A DNA stretch of 64,000 nucleotides from Fimbriimonadia bacterium (GCA_041483895.1 JBGPGO010000002.1:96001-160000); one strand, 5' to 3'; shown: positions 34,778-45,111, numbered from the stretch's first letter. The notes: generated by a model not told the origin, from the letters alone. Program-made: numbers and translations.

Positions 34778-35888
34778 TGGCAAGCTCCCGGACCGCCTGG
34801 GCTACGCCAATCGCCTGGTCCTCGGTCATGTCCAATCGCAGCGGGAGAGGGAGCATTCGGCTGTGCCATATCTCGCTGTTCGGCGCATCGTCGGCGCGTA
34901 TTCTCAACGCCTGCTGGAAGAACGGATGCGCCGGCAATGGCCTGGCCAAATGCTGTTCCCCCGTGCTCATCGATCGCAGCCGCTCCAAGAACGCAAATTT
35001 AGAAAGACCGGTCGCCTCGAAGTCCACCCGGACTCCGTACTGGCAGTGCAAGTCCCCGGTCAGCAGATATTCGGGCGCCTGGATGCGATTCGATCCATGA
35101 AACCGTTCCGAATAGATGCCCGCCAACTCCGTCAAGTGATGGATCGAAGCGTCCATGACATCGTATCGGACCTGGCACAGCACGGCCTCGACAGCGGTCA
35201 TCCGGCAATCAAATCCCGCAACTGTCTGCACACCGGTCGGCGTATGTCGACCGCCCCTCCGAAAAGACCGCAGCTTTTCCCCCAGCACATCCATGCTGGT
35301 CAGCACCGCGCCGCCCACGATTCCCGGAAATGCGGCAGACTTGCTGAAATCGACGAACGAGAGATGGCCGAGCGCACCAACACCGTAACGCGAGTAGTGA
35401 CAGCCAAGCATCCCGCCAACCTCTTCGAGCACAACGGCCCCGTTGTCCATAGCCAAATCCACGATCTCTTCCATGGGCGTGACACTGCCAAGCACGTGGG
35501 GGATGGCGATCACTTTCGTCCGCTTTCCCATCAACTTGCCGAGCTTTGCTAGGTCGATGTGTTGGCACAATGGCGAGCAGTCCGCGACACGGATTCGGCA
35601 TGGCTTGCTCGCAAACGCCGTTGCAAGAGTTGTGGACGTGAACGGGCTGAGAATCACCTCGTCCTTCGTACCCAAATCGAGGGCCTCGACCGCCATCAAA
35701 GCCGCCATCCCCGCGACGTTCGCTGTCACCGCCTGCTTCACGCCGACGCGCTGTGCAAGGTCCTGTTCGAAGATATCCACAGACAAATTGCTTCTCCCAA
35801 CAATCTGGGAAATTGCCGCGAGGTCTTCTTGGACAAAGCCAACCGGTTTGCCGGATTCAGCGGCGAACTGCGTGAGAGTCCGATCCAT
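34770..35888 (-). CDS. DegT/DnrJ/EryC1/StrS aminotransferase-fold protein with degenerate PLP site
   Basis: FE..LA..VGVK.AV, DEVI.SPF, RTKVI..PH..G, LPL..DMT; the EDAAQ and SFxxxK motifs are altered. Confidence 0.75.
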   Translation of the reverse strand: MDRTLTQFAAESGKPVGFVQEDLAAISQIVGRSNLSVDIFEQDLAQRVGVKQAVTANVAGMAALMAVEALDLGTKDEVILSPFTSTTLATAFASKPCRIRVADCSPLCQHIDLAKLGKLMGKRTKVIAIPHVLGSVTPMEEIVDLAMDNGAVVLEEVGGMLGCHYSRYGVGALGHLSFVDFSKSAAFPGIVGGAVLTSMDVLGEKLRSFRRGGRHTPTGVQTVAGFDCRMTAVEAVLCQVRYDVMDASIHHLTELAGIYSERFHGSNRIQAPEYLLTGDLHCQYGVRVDFEATGLSKFAFLERLRSMSTGEQHLARPLPAHPFFQQALRIRADDAPNSEIWHSRMLPLPLRLDMTEDQAIGVAQAVRELANG

Positions 35889-35889
35889 G

Positions 35890-36972
35890 TTAGGCAGCGG
35901 TTTCCTCCAGGAGGCCGTCGGCGACCGGCATGGTTGGAGCGGGACGATACGGCATCGCCTTCTTCGCCCATCCGCGCGCCGTCACCACGCCTGCCATCAC
36001 CCCCAACCCGTGTCCGAAGTGCAAAACGGGGAACACAAATGGGCAGAGAAGAGCCGCCACCGATCGGCGCGATAAAAGAAGATCGAGCGTCGCCACCGCT
36101 GAGGCAAACAGATAGGCCGCGGCGCAGAAAACCAACACGGACATCGCAATCGGCGTGGCAATCGCGGCGGCGGCAAGCAGCAACGCGGCCGCAGTCACGA
36201 TCCCCGGGATCGCGTGTCGCATCGCGAATGCCTCCGGGCAGACGAGCCAAGAATAGACATCCCATTTGCCGTCGGAAAACTTTTGCTTCAGAAGCGCTCG
36301 CAGGTTTGGCCGCGCGTAATAGCTGCAGGCCAGGCTTCCGTCCAGGAAGATGCGCCCCCCGGCTTTGCGGATGCGGGAGTTCAATTCATAGTCTTGGTGG
36401 CGCGTCAGGCATTCTTGAAAGAGACCGGTGGAGTTGAAAACGCTGCGCCGATAGGAACCAAAGGGGACCGTATCAACGAACCCCTCCTTCGACCCGATTC
36501 GGTACCCGGCGTTGCCGACCCCGAACGGATGCGTCAGACACAAAGAGATGGCTTTCGCCATCGCCGTCTTCGCCCCTGGCAGAGTGCGCCATGATCCACC
36601 GACGTTGTCCGCGCCGGTCGCCAGCAGGCTGTGAACGCTCTGCCTTACGTAGTTGGCCGGATATTCGGCATGGGCGTCCACGCGAACGATCACATCGCCG
36701 TGGCTGGCCCGGATGCCTCGGTTCATCCCGAACGGCACGGTCCGATCCGGGTTGCGGATCAGACGCACGCGTGGGTCAAACCGCGCGATCTCGAAGACAA
36801 TCCCGGCGGTTCTGTCGTCGCTGTCTCCGTCCACAACGAGGATCTCCATCGAATCGTGAGGATAATCACAATTCAACAGCGATTGCATGCAAGCGCGTAT
36901 GTAGTTTTCCTCGTTCCGGGCAGGTAGAACGATGCTTACAAATGGTAACTGATTGGCAATGATTGCGGCCAT
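35890..36972 (-). CDS. GT2 glycosyltransferase (ExoA-like)
   Basis: VSIVLPARNEE, VDGDSDDRT, RVDAH, HQDYELN.RIR; C-terminal TM segments. Confidence 0.92.
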   Translation of the reverse strand: MAAIIANQLPFVSIVLPARNEENYIRACMQSLLNCDYPHDSMEILVVDGDSDDRTAGIVFEIARFDPRVRLIRNPDRTVPFGMNRGIRASHGDVIVRVDAHAEYPANYVRQSVHSLLATGADNVGGSWRTLPGAKTAMAKAISLCLTHPFGVGNAGYRIGSKEGFVDTVPFGSYRRSVFNSTGLFQECLTRHQDYELNSRIRKAGGRIFLDGSLACSYYARPNLRALLKQKFSDGKWDVYSWLVCPEAFAMRHAIPGIVTAAALLLAAAAIATPIAMSVLVFCAAAYLFASAVATLDLLLSRRSVAALLCPFVFPVLHFGHGLGVMAGVVTARGWAKKAMPYRPAPTMPVADGLLEETAA

Positions 36973-37038
36973 TCACAGGTCTCCGAATAAGACTTCCCCA
37001 CAGGAAGTTATGGGTTCATTGCTCGTTCGGGAATAGGG

Positions 37039-37800
37039 TTACGTGCCCGCTTGGAGGAATACGCTTTCCACTTCCTCCACAGCCTTTTCGAGCGCCGCGA
37101 ACTCGGTTTTATAGGCTTCGAGATGGGTGACCAAGTCCGAGGAGGGCATCTCCACCTTGCCTCCCGTTACCCGATAGTCCAGCATTTTCAGACGCAGGCT
37201 GTCCAGGGCGCTGATCAGCACGGCGGTCTGGGCCTCGGTTCGCTCCACGCCGGCCATCAGCTTCTGATAGTGCTGTCGATATTCGTCCTGGTTCTTCTGG
37301 GCGAGGTCGTAGAGCGATTGGGCCTGGCTGTCGACGGCGGGGACGGAGGCCATGGGCATCTGCGAGATGTTCTTCTCACTTTCATCGATCAGACCCCGGA
37401 CGGAATCGGCGCGCCGCAAAGCCATGTAGATGGAATCGACCACGCGGCGAATGGAGCTTGGCGTATCGCTTAGGGTGTCCTTTACAATCTTGGGGCTGCC
37501 GCGATAGGCGTTCTCGAAGCGGGTCATGCGGTCGGCGATGGTCGTCCAGAGATGGCCGTATTTTAGGAGCCGGAAGCGGAATCTCTCCCTTTGGAGGTAG
37601 GCGGCGATGACCCATCCGGCCAAGCCGGCGACAAGGGTGAGGGCCGCGTATGGGATGAATTCCGGTCCCATGTGCCAATGGTGAAACGGACCGGTGATGA
37701 GCATGACAATCACAGACGTCACAACGCCCCGCCACAATGCCCGCCCGGTGAACATGGAGCGGCGCACAACCCGAAGTTCGTCGCGTTGGCGGTCAGTCAT
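37039..37800 (-). CDS. Hypothetical membrane protein with coiled-coil C-terminus
   Basis: Two TM helices then a helical region; ATGA overlap with the gatA stop. Confidence 0.7.
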   Translation of the reverse strand: MTDRQRDELRVVRRSMFTGRALWRGVVTSVIVMLITGPFHHWHMGPEFIPYAALTLVAGLAGWVIAAYLQRERFRFRLLKYGHLWTTIADRMTRFENAYRGSPKIVKDTLSDTPSSIRRVVDSIYMALRRADSVRGLIDESEKNISQMPMASVPAVDSQAQSLYDLAQKNQDEYRQHYQKLMAGVERTEAQTAVLISALDSLRLKMLDYRVTGGKVEMPSSDLVTHLEAYKTEFAALEKAVEEVESVFLQAGT

Positions 37801-39254
37801 GCGATGGGTGGCCGCCTCGTGTGCCAATCGGTGCGGTGCTCGTATGCGAAGGCGGCGCGAAGGACCGTCTCCTCGTCGAACGGCTTTCCAATGATCTGCA
37901 GTCCGACCGGCAGGCCCTCCGAGAAACCGCAGTTGACGCTGATCGCGCACGTCCCCAGCATGTTTGCCGGGATGGTGAGCAGGTCCGCCATCTTCAGTGA
38001 CAGCGGGTCGTCATCGAACTCGCCGATCTTGAACGCCACGGTAGGGCTCGTGGGACCGGCGATCACGTCGAATCGTTCGAACAGCTCCTCGAACTCCATC
38101 CGCATCTTGGTCCGCACCTTTTGCGCGTGCAGGTAATAGGCGTCGTAGTATCCCGCCGAGAGCGCATAGGTTCCGATCAGGATTCGGCGCTTGACCTCCT
38201 CCCCAAATCCCTCCTCCCGCGTCTGCTCTACCAAATCAACGTGACCCGCGTCGCTCTTCGTTCGATAGCCAAAGCGCACGCCATCGTACCGGGCCAAGTT
38301 CGATGAGGCTTCGCAAGGCGCGATGATGTAATAGGTCGCCACGCCGTACTCGGTGCTCGGCAGGCTCGCCTCCTCTATGGACGCTCCGGCCTGTTCCAGC
38401 ACGCCGAGCGCCGCCTGGACCGTATCCCGAACGCCAGCCTCTATCCCATCGCCCATGAACTCCTTCGGGACCCCGATGCGAAGTCCGCCGACATCCTTGG
38501 ACAAGGCGCGGGTGAAGTCAGGTACGGGCATGTCCAGCGACGTCGCATCCAGCTCATCGTGGCCGCAGATGACGTTCAGCAGCTGGGCGCAGTCGGTTAC
38601 GTCGCGGGCAAATGGGCCGATCTGGTCCAGGGAGCTGCTAAAAGCGACCAGGCCGTAGCGGCTGACCCGCCCGTACGTCGGCTTCATCCCCACAATCCCT
38701 GTCAATGCTGCGGGCTGGCGTATCGAGCCGCCGGTGTCGGACCCGAGCGCCAACGGCGTCATCCCCGCGCAGACCGACGCCGCCGAGCCGCCGCTGGACC
38801 CGCCGGGCACCCGATCCAGGTCCCATGGGTTGTGGGAGGGGCCATAGTGCGAGTACTCGGTGCTGGAACCCATGGCGAATTCGTCCAAGTTCGTCTTGCC
38901 GATCAGCACCATTCCGGCATCGTGCAACTTTTGAACAGCCGTAGCGTTGTAGCTGGGCTTATAGCCTTCCAGAATCTTTGACCCGCACGTGGTGAGCAGC
39001 CCGCGGGTGCACATGTTGTCTTTGACCGCTATCGGAATGCCCAGCAATGGGGACGGGTCTCCGTCGTCCAATCGCTTTTGGGCGTGGTCGGCAGCCAGGA
39101 AGGCCCCTGCCTCATCGACAGTGATAAACGCATGTACCGCGCCGTCGAGGGATCGAATGCGATCAAGCGCCGCCTCGGTCAGCTGGCGGACAGAGATCTC
39201 CTTCGACCGAAGCTTCCCAGCAAGCTCATGGGCTGTCAGGAAATCCAGGCTCAC
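37797..39254 (-). CDS. gatA: Glutamyl-tRNA(Gln) amidotransferase subunit A
   Basis: [47 protein letters not shown] start overlapping the gatC stop. Confidence 0.96.
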   Translation of the reverse strand: MSLDFLTAHELAGKLRSKEISVRQLTEAALDRIRSLDGAVHAFITVDEAGAFLAADHAQKRLDDGDPSPLLGIPIAVKDNMCTRGLLTTCGSKILEGYKPSYNATAVQKLHDAGMVLIGKTNLDEFAMGSSTEYSHYGPSHNPWDLDRVPGGSSGGSAASVCAGMTPLALGSDTGGSIRQPAALTGIVGMKPTYGRVSRYGLVAFSSSLDQIGPFARDVTDCAQLLNVICGHDELDATSLDMPVPDFTRALSKDVGGLRIGVPKEFMGDGIEAGVRDTVQAALGVLEQAGASIEEASLPSTEYGVATYYIIAPCEASSNLARYDGVRFGYRTKSDAGHVDLVEQTREEGFGEEVKRRILIGTYALSAGYYDAYYLHAQKVRTKMRMEFEELFERFDVIAGPTSPTVAFKIGEFDDDPLSLKMADLLTIPANMLGTCAISVNCGFSEGLPVGLQIIGKPFDEETVLRAAFAYEHRTDWHTRRPPIA

Positions 39255-39547
39255 TCTCCGTCGTCCAAGATTGCAGGAACGATGAACAGTCCGTCGCGGG
39301 CCTGAATCGAAGCCTGGAGAAGCTCCGGGCCGCACTGCTGATCGACCACCCGGTCTTCCCTCCAAACATTGTGAACGGGAACGCTGTGCGAGGTCGGCTC
39401 AAGCCCATCCACATTGACCTGCCGGAGCCTGTCAAATACATCTACCATCTCCTGGAGGTGGCCGATCATGCCTTCCATTTCCTCGTCGGTCATCTGCATT
39501 CTCGCCAGCTTTGCTACATGCCGGACCTGGTCAATCGTTAGGGACAT
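39251..39547 (-). CDS. gatC: Asp/Glu-tRNA amidotransferase subunit C
   Basis: VRHVAKLAR, EPTSH, NVWRED, F.VPAI; TAGAAT-N6-ATG upstream. Confidence 0.93.
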   Translation of the reverse strand: MSLTIDQVRHVAKLARMQMTDEEMEGMIGHLQEMVDVFDRLRQVNVDGLEPTSHSVPVHNVWREDRVVDQQCGPELLQASIQARDGLFIVPAILDDGE

Positions 39548-39614
39548 GGAGCTATTCTAGCACGGGTTTCCTCGCAACCCGGCAATCTCCACCTGGGCCG
39601 CCGGGCCCCACAGT

Positions 39615-39630
39615 TGGCATACATCTTGCA
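39615..39630 (+). promoter_or_regulatory. Sigma54 (-24/-12) promoter upstream of rpoN
   Basis: TGGCATACATCTTGCA: GG-N10-GC with near-consensus flanks. Confidence 0.75.
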
Positions 39631-39702
39631 GGGAGCGGCGACCTTGAGGGGCGGCATCCCGATTGGCAATACCCTGATTTGCGGGAAGGCGAGGAAAGCA
39701 CT

Positions 39703-41073
39703 TTGCGACCGTCACAAAGGTTCGAACAACAGGTCACGACGCGCGTAGACCCCAAGCTCGTGATGGCAAGCTCAGTACTCCAAATGACCCAGCAGGAGCT
39801 CGAGGTTGCGATCGACGCGGAGCTCAACGATAATCCGGCATTGGAGCGTATCGAGGAAGACATCATCACGCTGGACGATGCCGGCATCGCGGACAGCTTG
39901 ATGGGAAGAAGCGATGCGAGCTTCCGATTTTCTTCCGACGAGACCTATCACGTCCGCAACTTCGATCCGGACGACGAAACGCACGACTGGACCGACATGG
40001 TGGCGTCGCCAGTTTCTCTCACCGATAACCTCCGCGCGCAGCTGCTTCCATTGGTCCCACCGCATTTGCAGAATTTGGCCAGAGATATGGTGGATGCCGT
40101 CAATGCCCGCGGATATATAGAAATGGAGATCGAAGAGCTGGCGCTCACATTCGATGCGTCCATGGACGATGTGGACCTGGTGCTGCGTAAACTGCACGGG
40201 TGCGAGCCGACTGGGATCGGGGCGCGGGATTTGCGGGAGTGTCTGCTGATCCAGATACGGCAGATGCCGCAATCGCCGGTGCGCGATTTGGCGGCGCGCA
40301 TGATCAAGGACGGCTGGGAGGATTTCACGAAGCGGCGATTCCAAAAGTTGGGGCGTCGCTTCAAGGCTTTGCCGGCTTTGGCGGATGCAGCGGCAAATCT
40401 CGTCGCCGGTCTGAACCCGTTTCCGGGTGAGGCGTTCCGAGCCGATTGGGAGATGAACAGCACGAGCGCGCCGCACAGCGTGGTCCCCGACGTGATCATC
40501 CGGAGATCGGAAGCCGGATATGAAGTAGACATCCGCGGCTTCGATCCGGGCCTTCTGTCTGTCAATGGCGGGTATAAGCGGCTCTTCCAAGATCGCGCCA
40601 AACTCAGCGTCGACGAGAAAAAGCACGTCGTTCAGTATGTGGACCGCGCCTCGAATTTTATCACCAGCATTCAGCAACGCCGGCGCACACTAAAAAAGAT
40701 CGTCGAGTACCTGTTGGATACCCAGGAAGGGTTCATCGCGACGGGATCCTATCGGTTTTTGCGCTCCCTTACCCGTATGCAGTTGGCCAAGGAGATCGGG
40801 GTCCACGAAAGCACGGTCTCGCGCGCGACAATGAACAAATTCGTGCAGCTCCCTTCGCAGGAGGTGGTGTCGTTCGATGTGTTCTTCAAGCCGGCCTTGC
40901 GGGTGCAGAAGGCGATCGAGGAGATCCTGATGCATGAAAATCCACTGAACCCTTTGAGCGATGAACGGATATCGCAGATGCTGAAGGAGCAAGGGATCGA
41001 AGTGGCGCGCCGGACGATCAACAAGTACCGGGAGCAGCTCAACATCCTCTCCTCCCGCCGCCGCCGCGCGTAG
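39703..41073 (+). CDS. rpoN: RNA polymerase sigma-54 factor
   Basis: NPALE, P.GIGARDLRECL, HESTVSRA..NK, RpoN box ARRTINKYR; TTG start after GAGG. Confidence 0.95.
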   Translation: MRPSQRFEQQVTTRVDPKLVMASSVLQMTQQELEVAIDAELNDNPALERIEEDIITLDDAGIADSLMGRSDASFRFSSDETYHVRNFDPDDETHDWTDMVASPVSLTDNLRAQLLPLVPPHLQNLARDMVDAVNARGYIEMEIEELALTFDASMDDVDLVLRKLHGCEPTGIGARDLRECLLIQIRQMPQSPVRDLAARMIKDGWEDFTKRRFQKLGRRFKALPALADAAANLVAGLNPFPGEAFRADWEMNSTSAPHSVVPDVIIRRSEAGYEVDIRGFDPGLLSVNGGYKRLFQDRAKLSVDEKKHVVQYVDRASNFITSIQQRRRTLKKIVEYLLDTQEGFIATGSYRFLRSLTRMQLAKEIGVHESTVSRATMNKFVQLPSQEVVSFDVFFKPALRVQKAIEEILMHENPLNPLSDERISQMLKEQGIEVARRTINKYREQLNILSSRRRRA

Positions 41074-41082
41074 ACACAATCT

Positions 41083-43020
41083 CTACTTGTCAACAAAAAC
41101 GCCCACGGAAGACTCCGATGGTTTGTCCCGCTGCGTCGTCCAATTGGGGAGCTCCACGCCGTTTTTGGCCCAAGGCGCGGCAGCCGGGTAAGTGTCCGTG
41201 CCGCCAAGATCGATGAACACACCGAGGCATAGCGCGTGCCCCCGAATCAGATCGGCCGGATCGTTGGCGCTCGATTTGCCCAGAGTGATGCCGCTCGACT
41301 CATAAACATCATCGCCGCCCAAATCGATGAAAACGCCCATCCCGTTCGCATTTCCACCGCCAAGAGATAGATTTGGCGCGCTATGTTTATCGTTTCCCGC
41401 GTCGTCGATAAGGAAACCGATCGAAAAGTCATGCCCGGCCCCTTGCGCCATGTTCATGGTTGCCTGGTACGTGTCGTTCCCGGCTGCGTCGTGAAGAATG
41501 CCGATTGAAAAATGCGCCGCCGCGCCCTGCACGTACCACACGCCCTTATAGGCATCGTTGCCCCCGGCATCGATCAGCGCGCCAACTCCCTTCCAATACC
41601 CTACCCCTTGACCGAACACGCCGCATGAATATTCGTCATCTCCGCCGCCATCGTACAAAACACCAATCCCACCGCCCTGCGAATAGCCGTCGCTGAAATC
41701 CGCTCGACGGCCAAATCCCGCGCCCTGCGCCATGCTGGTGTTGTGTTCCTTGCTCTGGGCGCTCGGGTCATCGATCACGGTGTCGTTTGCCACATATTTG
41801 TCGTCGCCCGCACCGTCCACCAGCGCGCCATATCCCAACAACAGGCCGCATCCCTGGCTGAGTCCGAAACACTGATACCTGTCCTTTCCCACAGAGTCGA
41901 TAAGCATCCCGATCCCTTTCAAGGCGCAACCCTGCGATCGGGAATAGGCGTCGTATACGTCATCGCCCGCGCCATCCCAGACGACCGCAAGGCCATAGGT
42001 CGCGCTGCCTTGGCTCCAACCGGTTGTGCGGTATAGGTCATTGCCCTCTACGTCATACAGCAGGCTGACGCCGCACAGCGCGCCTCCGATTCCAGGTCCG
42101 GAGTCTTTTCGGTCCGCGCTTTCCGCGATCGACGCGGTAGCCAGCCCGGGTCGGGAGAGATACTTGTCGTCACCATGGGTATCCAAGATGATGCTAATTC
42201 CGTGCGCCGCGTCCATCGTGGTCGCGCCACCATAATAGGTATCGTTGCCGCCGGTATCGACGATCAAGAGATAGGGCTTCTTTGCATAGGTGTCCGCCGA
42301 TTTACCGTTGAGCGCGATCCATCCCGCAGCGGTCTCCACCTCAAAGTGGAAATTCGCATCCACCTTTTTCAGCGCGTCCATTGCCTTCTCGCATACGATC
42401 ATCAGGTCGATGGACGCAGACGCCATGGTGCGTAGGTCCACGTCTCGGGCCAGCCGCGTTTCCGCGTCGATGGTTGCGGCAGATTCATCGGTCTTTGTCA
42501 GGATCGTCCATGCCTCTCCAACGCCTCCGGCAACGGTGAAGGAGACTCGCCGGGCCTCCATCGCGGGGATGGTGGCGCGCAAGACCGGCAAGACAGCCTT
42601 CACCACATCCGCCGGCACTTCCCCTCCAAATTTGCTTTTGTCGCCTGGGCCGCCCGCCGCCTTGTCCACCTCCGCCACAGCCGACGCCAGATCGCCTTCG
42701 CCGCTGAAGCCCGCGGTGGGATCGCCGAGCAATGTCCTGCGGATTCCCAGCCCAACAAGCCTTCCTCCGCTCATCACCCCTTCCGAAGCCTTCGGTATGC
42801 CCGCGGAGGCAAATTTGCCAAGGACGAGCGTGTTGTCGGGAATACGCCAGGGCGATTCCCAAAACATGTCGAAGGAACCGAGCACAAACTCATCGAAATC
42901 ATAATATCGAAGGATGTTTTTATCGAAGAGCGCGGTTTCTTTTGTCAACCCGGCGAGTGCCAGGGCGGAGTCATACGGATTGTTTGCGGCGGCCATGAGG
43001 GCGAGCATACAGAAGATCAT
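41083..43020 (-). CDS. Secreted protein with ~12 Gly/Asp-rich repeats (L.D..G.D.Y), probable beta-solenoid
   Basis: Repeats such as LIDSVGKDRY, LVDGAGDDKY, LHDAAGNDTY; short signal peptide; start uncertain. Confidence 0.75.
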   Translation of the reverse strand: MIFCMLALMAAANNPYDSALALAGLTKETALFDKNILRYYDFDEFVLGSFDMFWESPWRIPDNTLVLGKFASAGIPKASEGVMSGGRLVGLGIRRTLLGDPTAGFSGEGDLASAVAEVDKAAGGPGDKSKFGGEVPADVVKAVLPVLRATIPAMEARRVSFTVAGGVGEAWTILTKTDESAATIDAETRLARDVDLRTMASASIDLMIVCEKAMDALKKVDANFHFEVETAAGWIALNGKSADTYAKKPYLLIVDTGGNDTYYGGATTMDAAHGISIILDTHGDDKYLSRPGLATASIAESADRKDSGPGIGGALCGVSLLYDVEGNDLYRTTGWSQGSATYGLAVVWDGAGDDVYDAYSRSQGCALKGIGMLIDSVGKDRYQCFGLSQGCGLLLGYGALVDGAGDDKYVANDTVIDDPSAQSKEHNTSMAQGAGFGRRADFSDGYSQGGGIGVLYDGGGDDEYSCGVFGQGVGYWKGVGALIDAGGNDAYKGVWYVQGAAAHFSIGILHDAAGNDTYQATMNMAQGAGHDFSIGFLIDDAGNDKHSAPNLSLGGGNANGMGVFIDLGGDDVYESSGITLGKSSANDPADLIRGHALCLGVFIDLGGTDTYPAAAPWAKNGVELPNWTTQRDKPSESSVGVFVDK

Positions 43021-44197
43021 GGTGATTCTGTTTCTGGCATGGCCGATAATTCCTGCCGCTGCCCAATCGCCCTTCGAGGCGCCTCCCAAACCGTTCCCCT
43101 CTACCGTGAGCCCACCCAAAGATGTCCAGGGGCTGATCTACCGAACCATTACATTCCCCTCGGCCATCCAGAGCGCAGAGCCCAAAAACAACACGGTCAA
43201 CGCGATTCTGATCGAACCGAAGGACATCGTGGGCAGACCGCCGGTTGTAATCATGCTGCATGGCCTGGGTGTGGTCAACCATGATGTCGAACGGCGCATT
43301 GCCTACCGGATGGCCCGGAATGGGATCGCCTCTCTCTTGGTCACACTGCCCTATCACATCGAGCGCACCCCGGAGGGCAAGCAAAGCGGAACCATGATGT
43401 TGCGGACGGACGTGGCGTCGATCCGGATGAACATCATCCAGACGGTTTCAGATGTTCGCCGCGCGATCGATTGGCTGGATACCACCGAACTGGTGGATGC
43501 GAAGAAGGTCGGGGTTTTGGGGGTCAGCCTTGGCGCCATCCTCGCCTGCGTCGCGGCATCTATTGACCCGCGAATCGAATATTCCGCGCTGCTGCTCGCC
43601 GGCGGGGATCTGGCCCATATCATTTGGAGCAGCTCCCTAACCATCCCCTTGCGCGATGATCTAAGAAAAAATGGCTGGACGGAGGTCCGATTGCGCCAGG
43701 CGATTCAGGACGTGGATCCGCTCCCTTATGCCACGCCACAGCAGGGCCTGAACACATTTCTCGTCGGCGCGCTCTTCGACACGATCATTCCCGAGCAGGA
43801 TACGGAGAAGCTGCACAAGGCATTGGGCTCGCCTCCCATGCTGTGGCTGGAGACAAACCATTATGGGTCGGCGCTCGTCGAGCAACGGGTGTTCCGCCTG
43901 GCCGCCGATTTTTTCGAGGCTCGGTTTTCCGGACGCGACTGGATACCTCCCGCCTCCATCCATGCGCCGACAATCCGGTTAGGGCTGACCCTTGACTCGG
44001 GCGAGAAGCTGCAGATCGCCGCCGCATTGGACCTGTGGCGATCCAACCGGCAAGGCGAGTTTTTTGCGGCCGGCCTGCTGTCTCCGCGCGGGTTGGCGCT
44101 GTTTACGGGCTGGCGGGGTCCGCTTGGCGTGGCTGCCGGTCTAATCGCTTATCCAAAGCGGACGGTCCCCGGCATCCTTTGGCATTTCATTCTTTGA
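43019..44197 (+). CDS. Secreted alpha/beta hydrolase
   Basis: MLHG, LPYH..R.P, nucleophile elbow GVSLG, D and H (ETNHY); start uncertain. Confidence 0.8.
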   Translation: MVILFLAWPIIPAAAQSPFEAPPKPFPSTVSPPKDVQGLIYRTITFPSAIQSAEPKNNTVNAILIEPKDIVGRPPVVIMLHGLGVVNHDVERRIAYRMARNGIASLLVTLPYHIERTPEGKQSGTMMLRTDVASIRMNIIQTVSDVRRAIDWLDTTELVDAKKVGVLGVSLGAILACVAASIDPRIEYSALLLAGGDLAHIIWSSSLTIPLRDDLRKNGWTEVRLRQAIQDVDPLPYATPQQGLNTFLVGALFDTIIPEQDTEKLHKALGSPPMLWLETNHYGSALVEQRVFRLAADFFEARFSGRDWIPPASIHAPTIRLGLTLDSGEKLQIAAALDLWRSNRQGEFFAAGLLSPRGLALFTGWRGPLGVAAGLIAYPKRTVPGILWHFIL

Positions 44198-44231
44198 CAG
44201 GAGGCAACGCGCGGCTACCGAAGTGGCGTCC

Positions 44232-45020
44232 ATGCTGACGGATGAGCAACGGCTCGCATACGAAGATCATCTCGTGGAGGCGTACCTCGCTCTCGGCGGC
44301 CCTTCGCCGGGCGCTGAAATCATTCGCGAGACCAAGTATCATGCCGTGTTTTCCGATTTCGGCCATCCGATGGGGAACTTCGCGATGCGGCTTCGATTTG
44401 CCGATCAGGAAGAGGCATCTAAGGGGATTGACGATCTCATTGGATGCTTCCGGCGAAAACGGGCGCCCGTTCGCATCTACCTTTCCGGCCTGGAAACGCC
44501 GGCGGGTCTCGCCCGGACCCTTCGGCAGAAGCGGATGTACGAGGCCTTTACCATGCATCAAATGGCCATGCCAATACCGCTGGCAGCACGTTCGGGCCCG
44601 GAATGCCGGTTGCTCACAACGGAGCCGGAGCTTCGCGAGGCCGGCCGGTTCTGCGCCGAACAGTTCTTTTCCGGAGCTCCGCCGGTGGTGCTGGCCAAAG
44701 TGGCGGACGTCATGGGCCAGGCGATGGTGAATATACTTGAAAACCAGACCGGTGCGGTGGCTGGAATCCAGGAGGGGGGCGCGCTTGTCAGCATGGGGCT
44801 CGCGTACACCAGCGGCTCGGTGGCCGGGATTTTCAACGTCGCGACAATGGACCGATGGCGGCGAAAAGGGTTCGGAACGGCCATCACCTGCCGTCTATTG
44901 GAGCTCGCTGCCGCGGCGGATTGCCGCTTCGCCACCCTGCAAGCGATGGCGTCGGTCAAGGGGATGTATGAGAAATTGGGGTTCTCCACGTTCGATTCCC
45001 TCCGCTGCTTCGTAGAATGA
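44232..45020 (+). CDS. GNAT N-acetyltransferase
   Basis: IFNVAT...RRKGFGTA, LQA.....MYEKLGF. Confidence 0.88.
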   Translation: MLTDEQRLAYEDHLVEAYLALGGPSPGAEIIRETKYHAVFSDFGHPMGNFAMRLRFADQEEASKGIDDLIGCFRRKRAPVRIYLSGLETPAGLARTLRQKRMYEAFTMHQMAMPIPLAARSGPECRLLTTEPELREAGRFCAEQFFSGAPPVVLAKVADVMGQAMVNILENQTGAVAGIQEGGALVSMGLAYTSGSVAGIFNVATMDRWRRKGFGTAITCRLLELAAAADCRFATLQAMASVKGMYEKLGFSTFDSLRCFVE

Positions 45021-45057
45021 GAATTTTTTCACAAACCTTAAAGAAAATCAAGAATTC

Positions 45058-45086
45058 TTGACCAGAGCGAAAAGTGTTGTTATACT
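45058..45086 (+). promoter_or_regulatory. Sigma70-type promoter of the pilin-like operon
   Basis: TTGACC-N17-TATACT with TG extension. Confidence 0.75.
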
Positions 45087-45111
45087 AGAGTGGTAATACG
45101 GGAGGCCGAAG

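Noticed and set aside
37797..39547. gatCA without adjacent gatB
   Set aside because: A split gat operon is common; gatB is probably elsewhere in the genome
39663..39682. Second sigma54 site (TGGCAAT...TTTGCG)
   Set aside because: GG-to-GC spacing is 14 rather than 10
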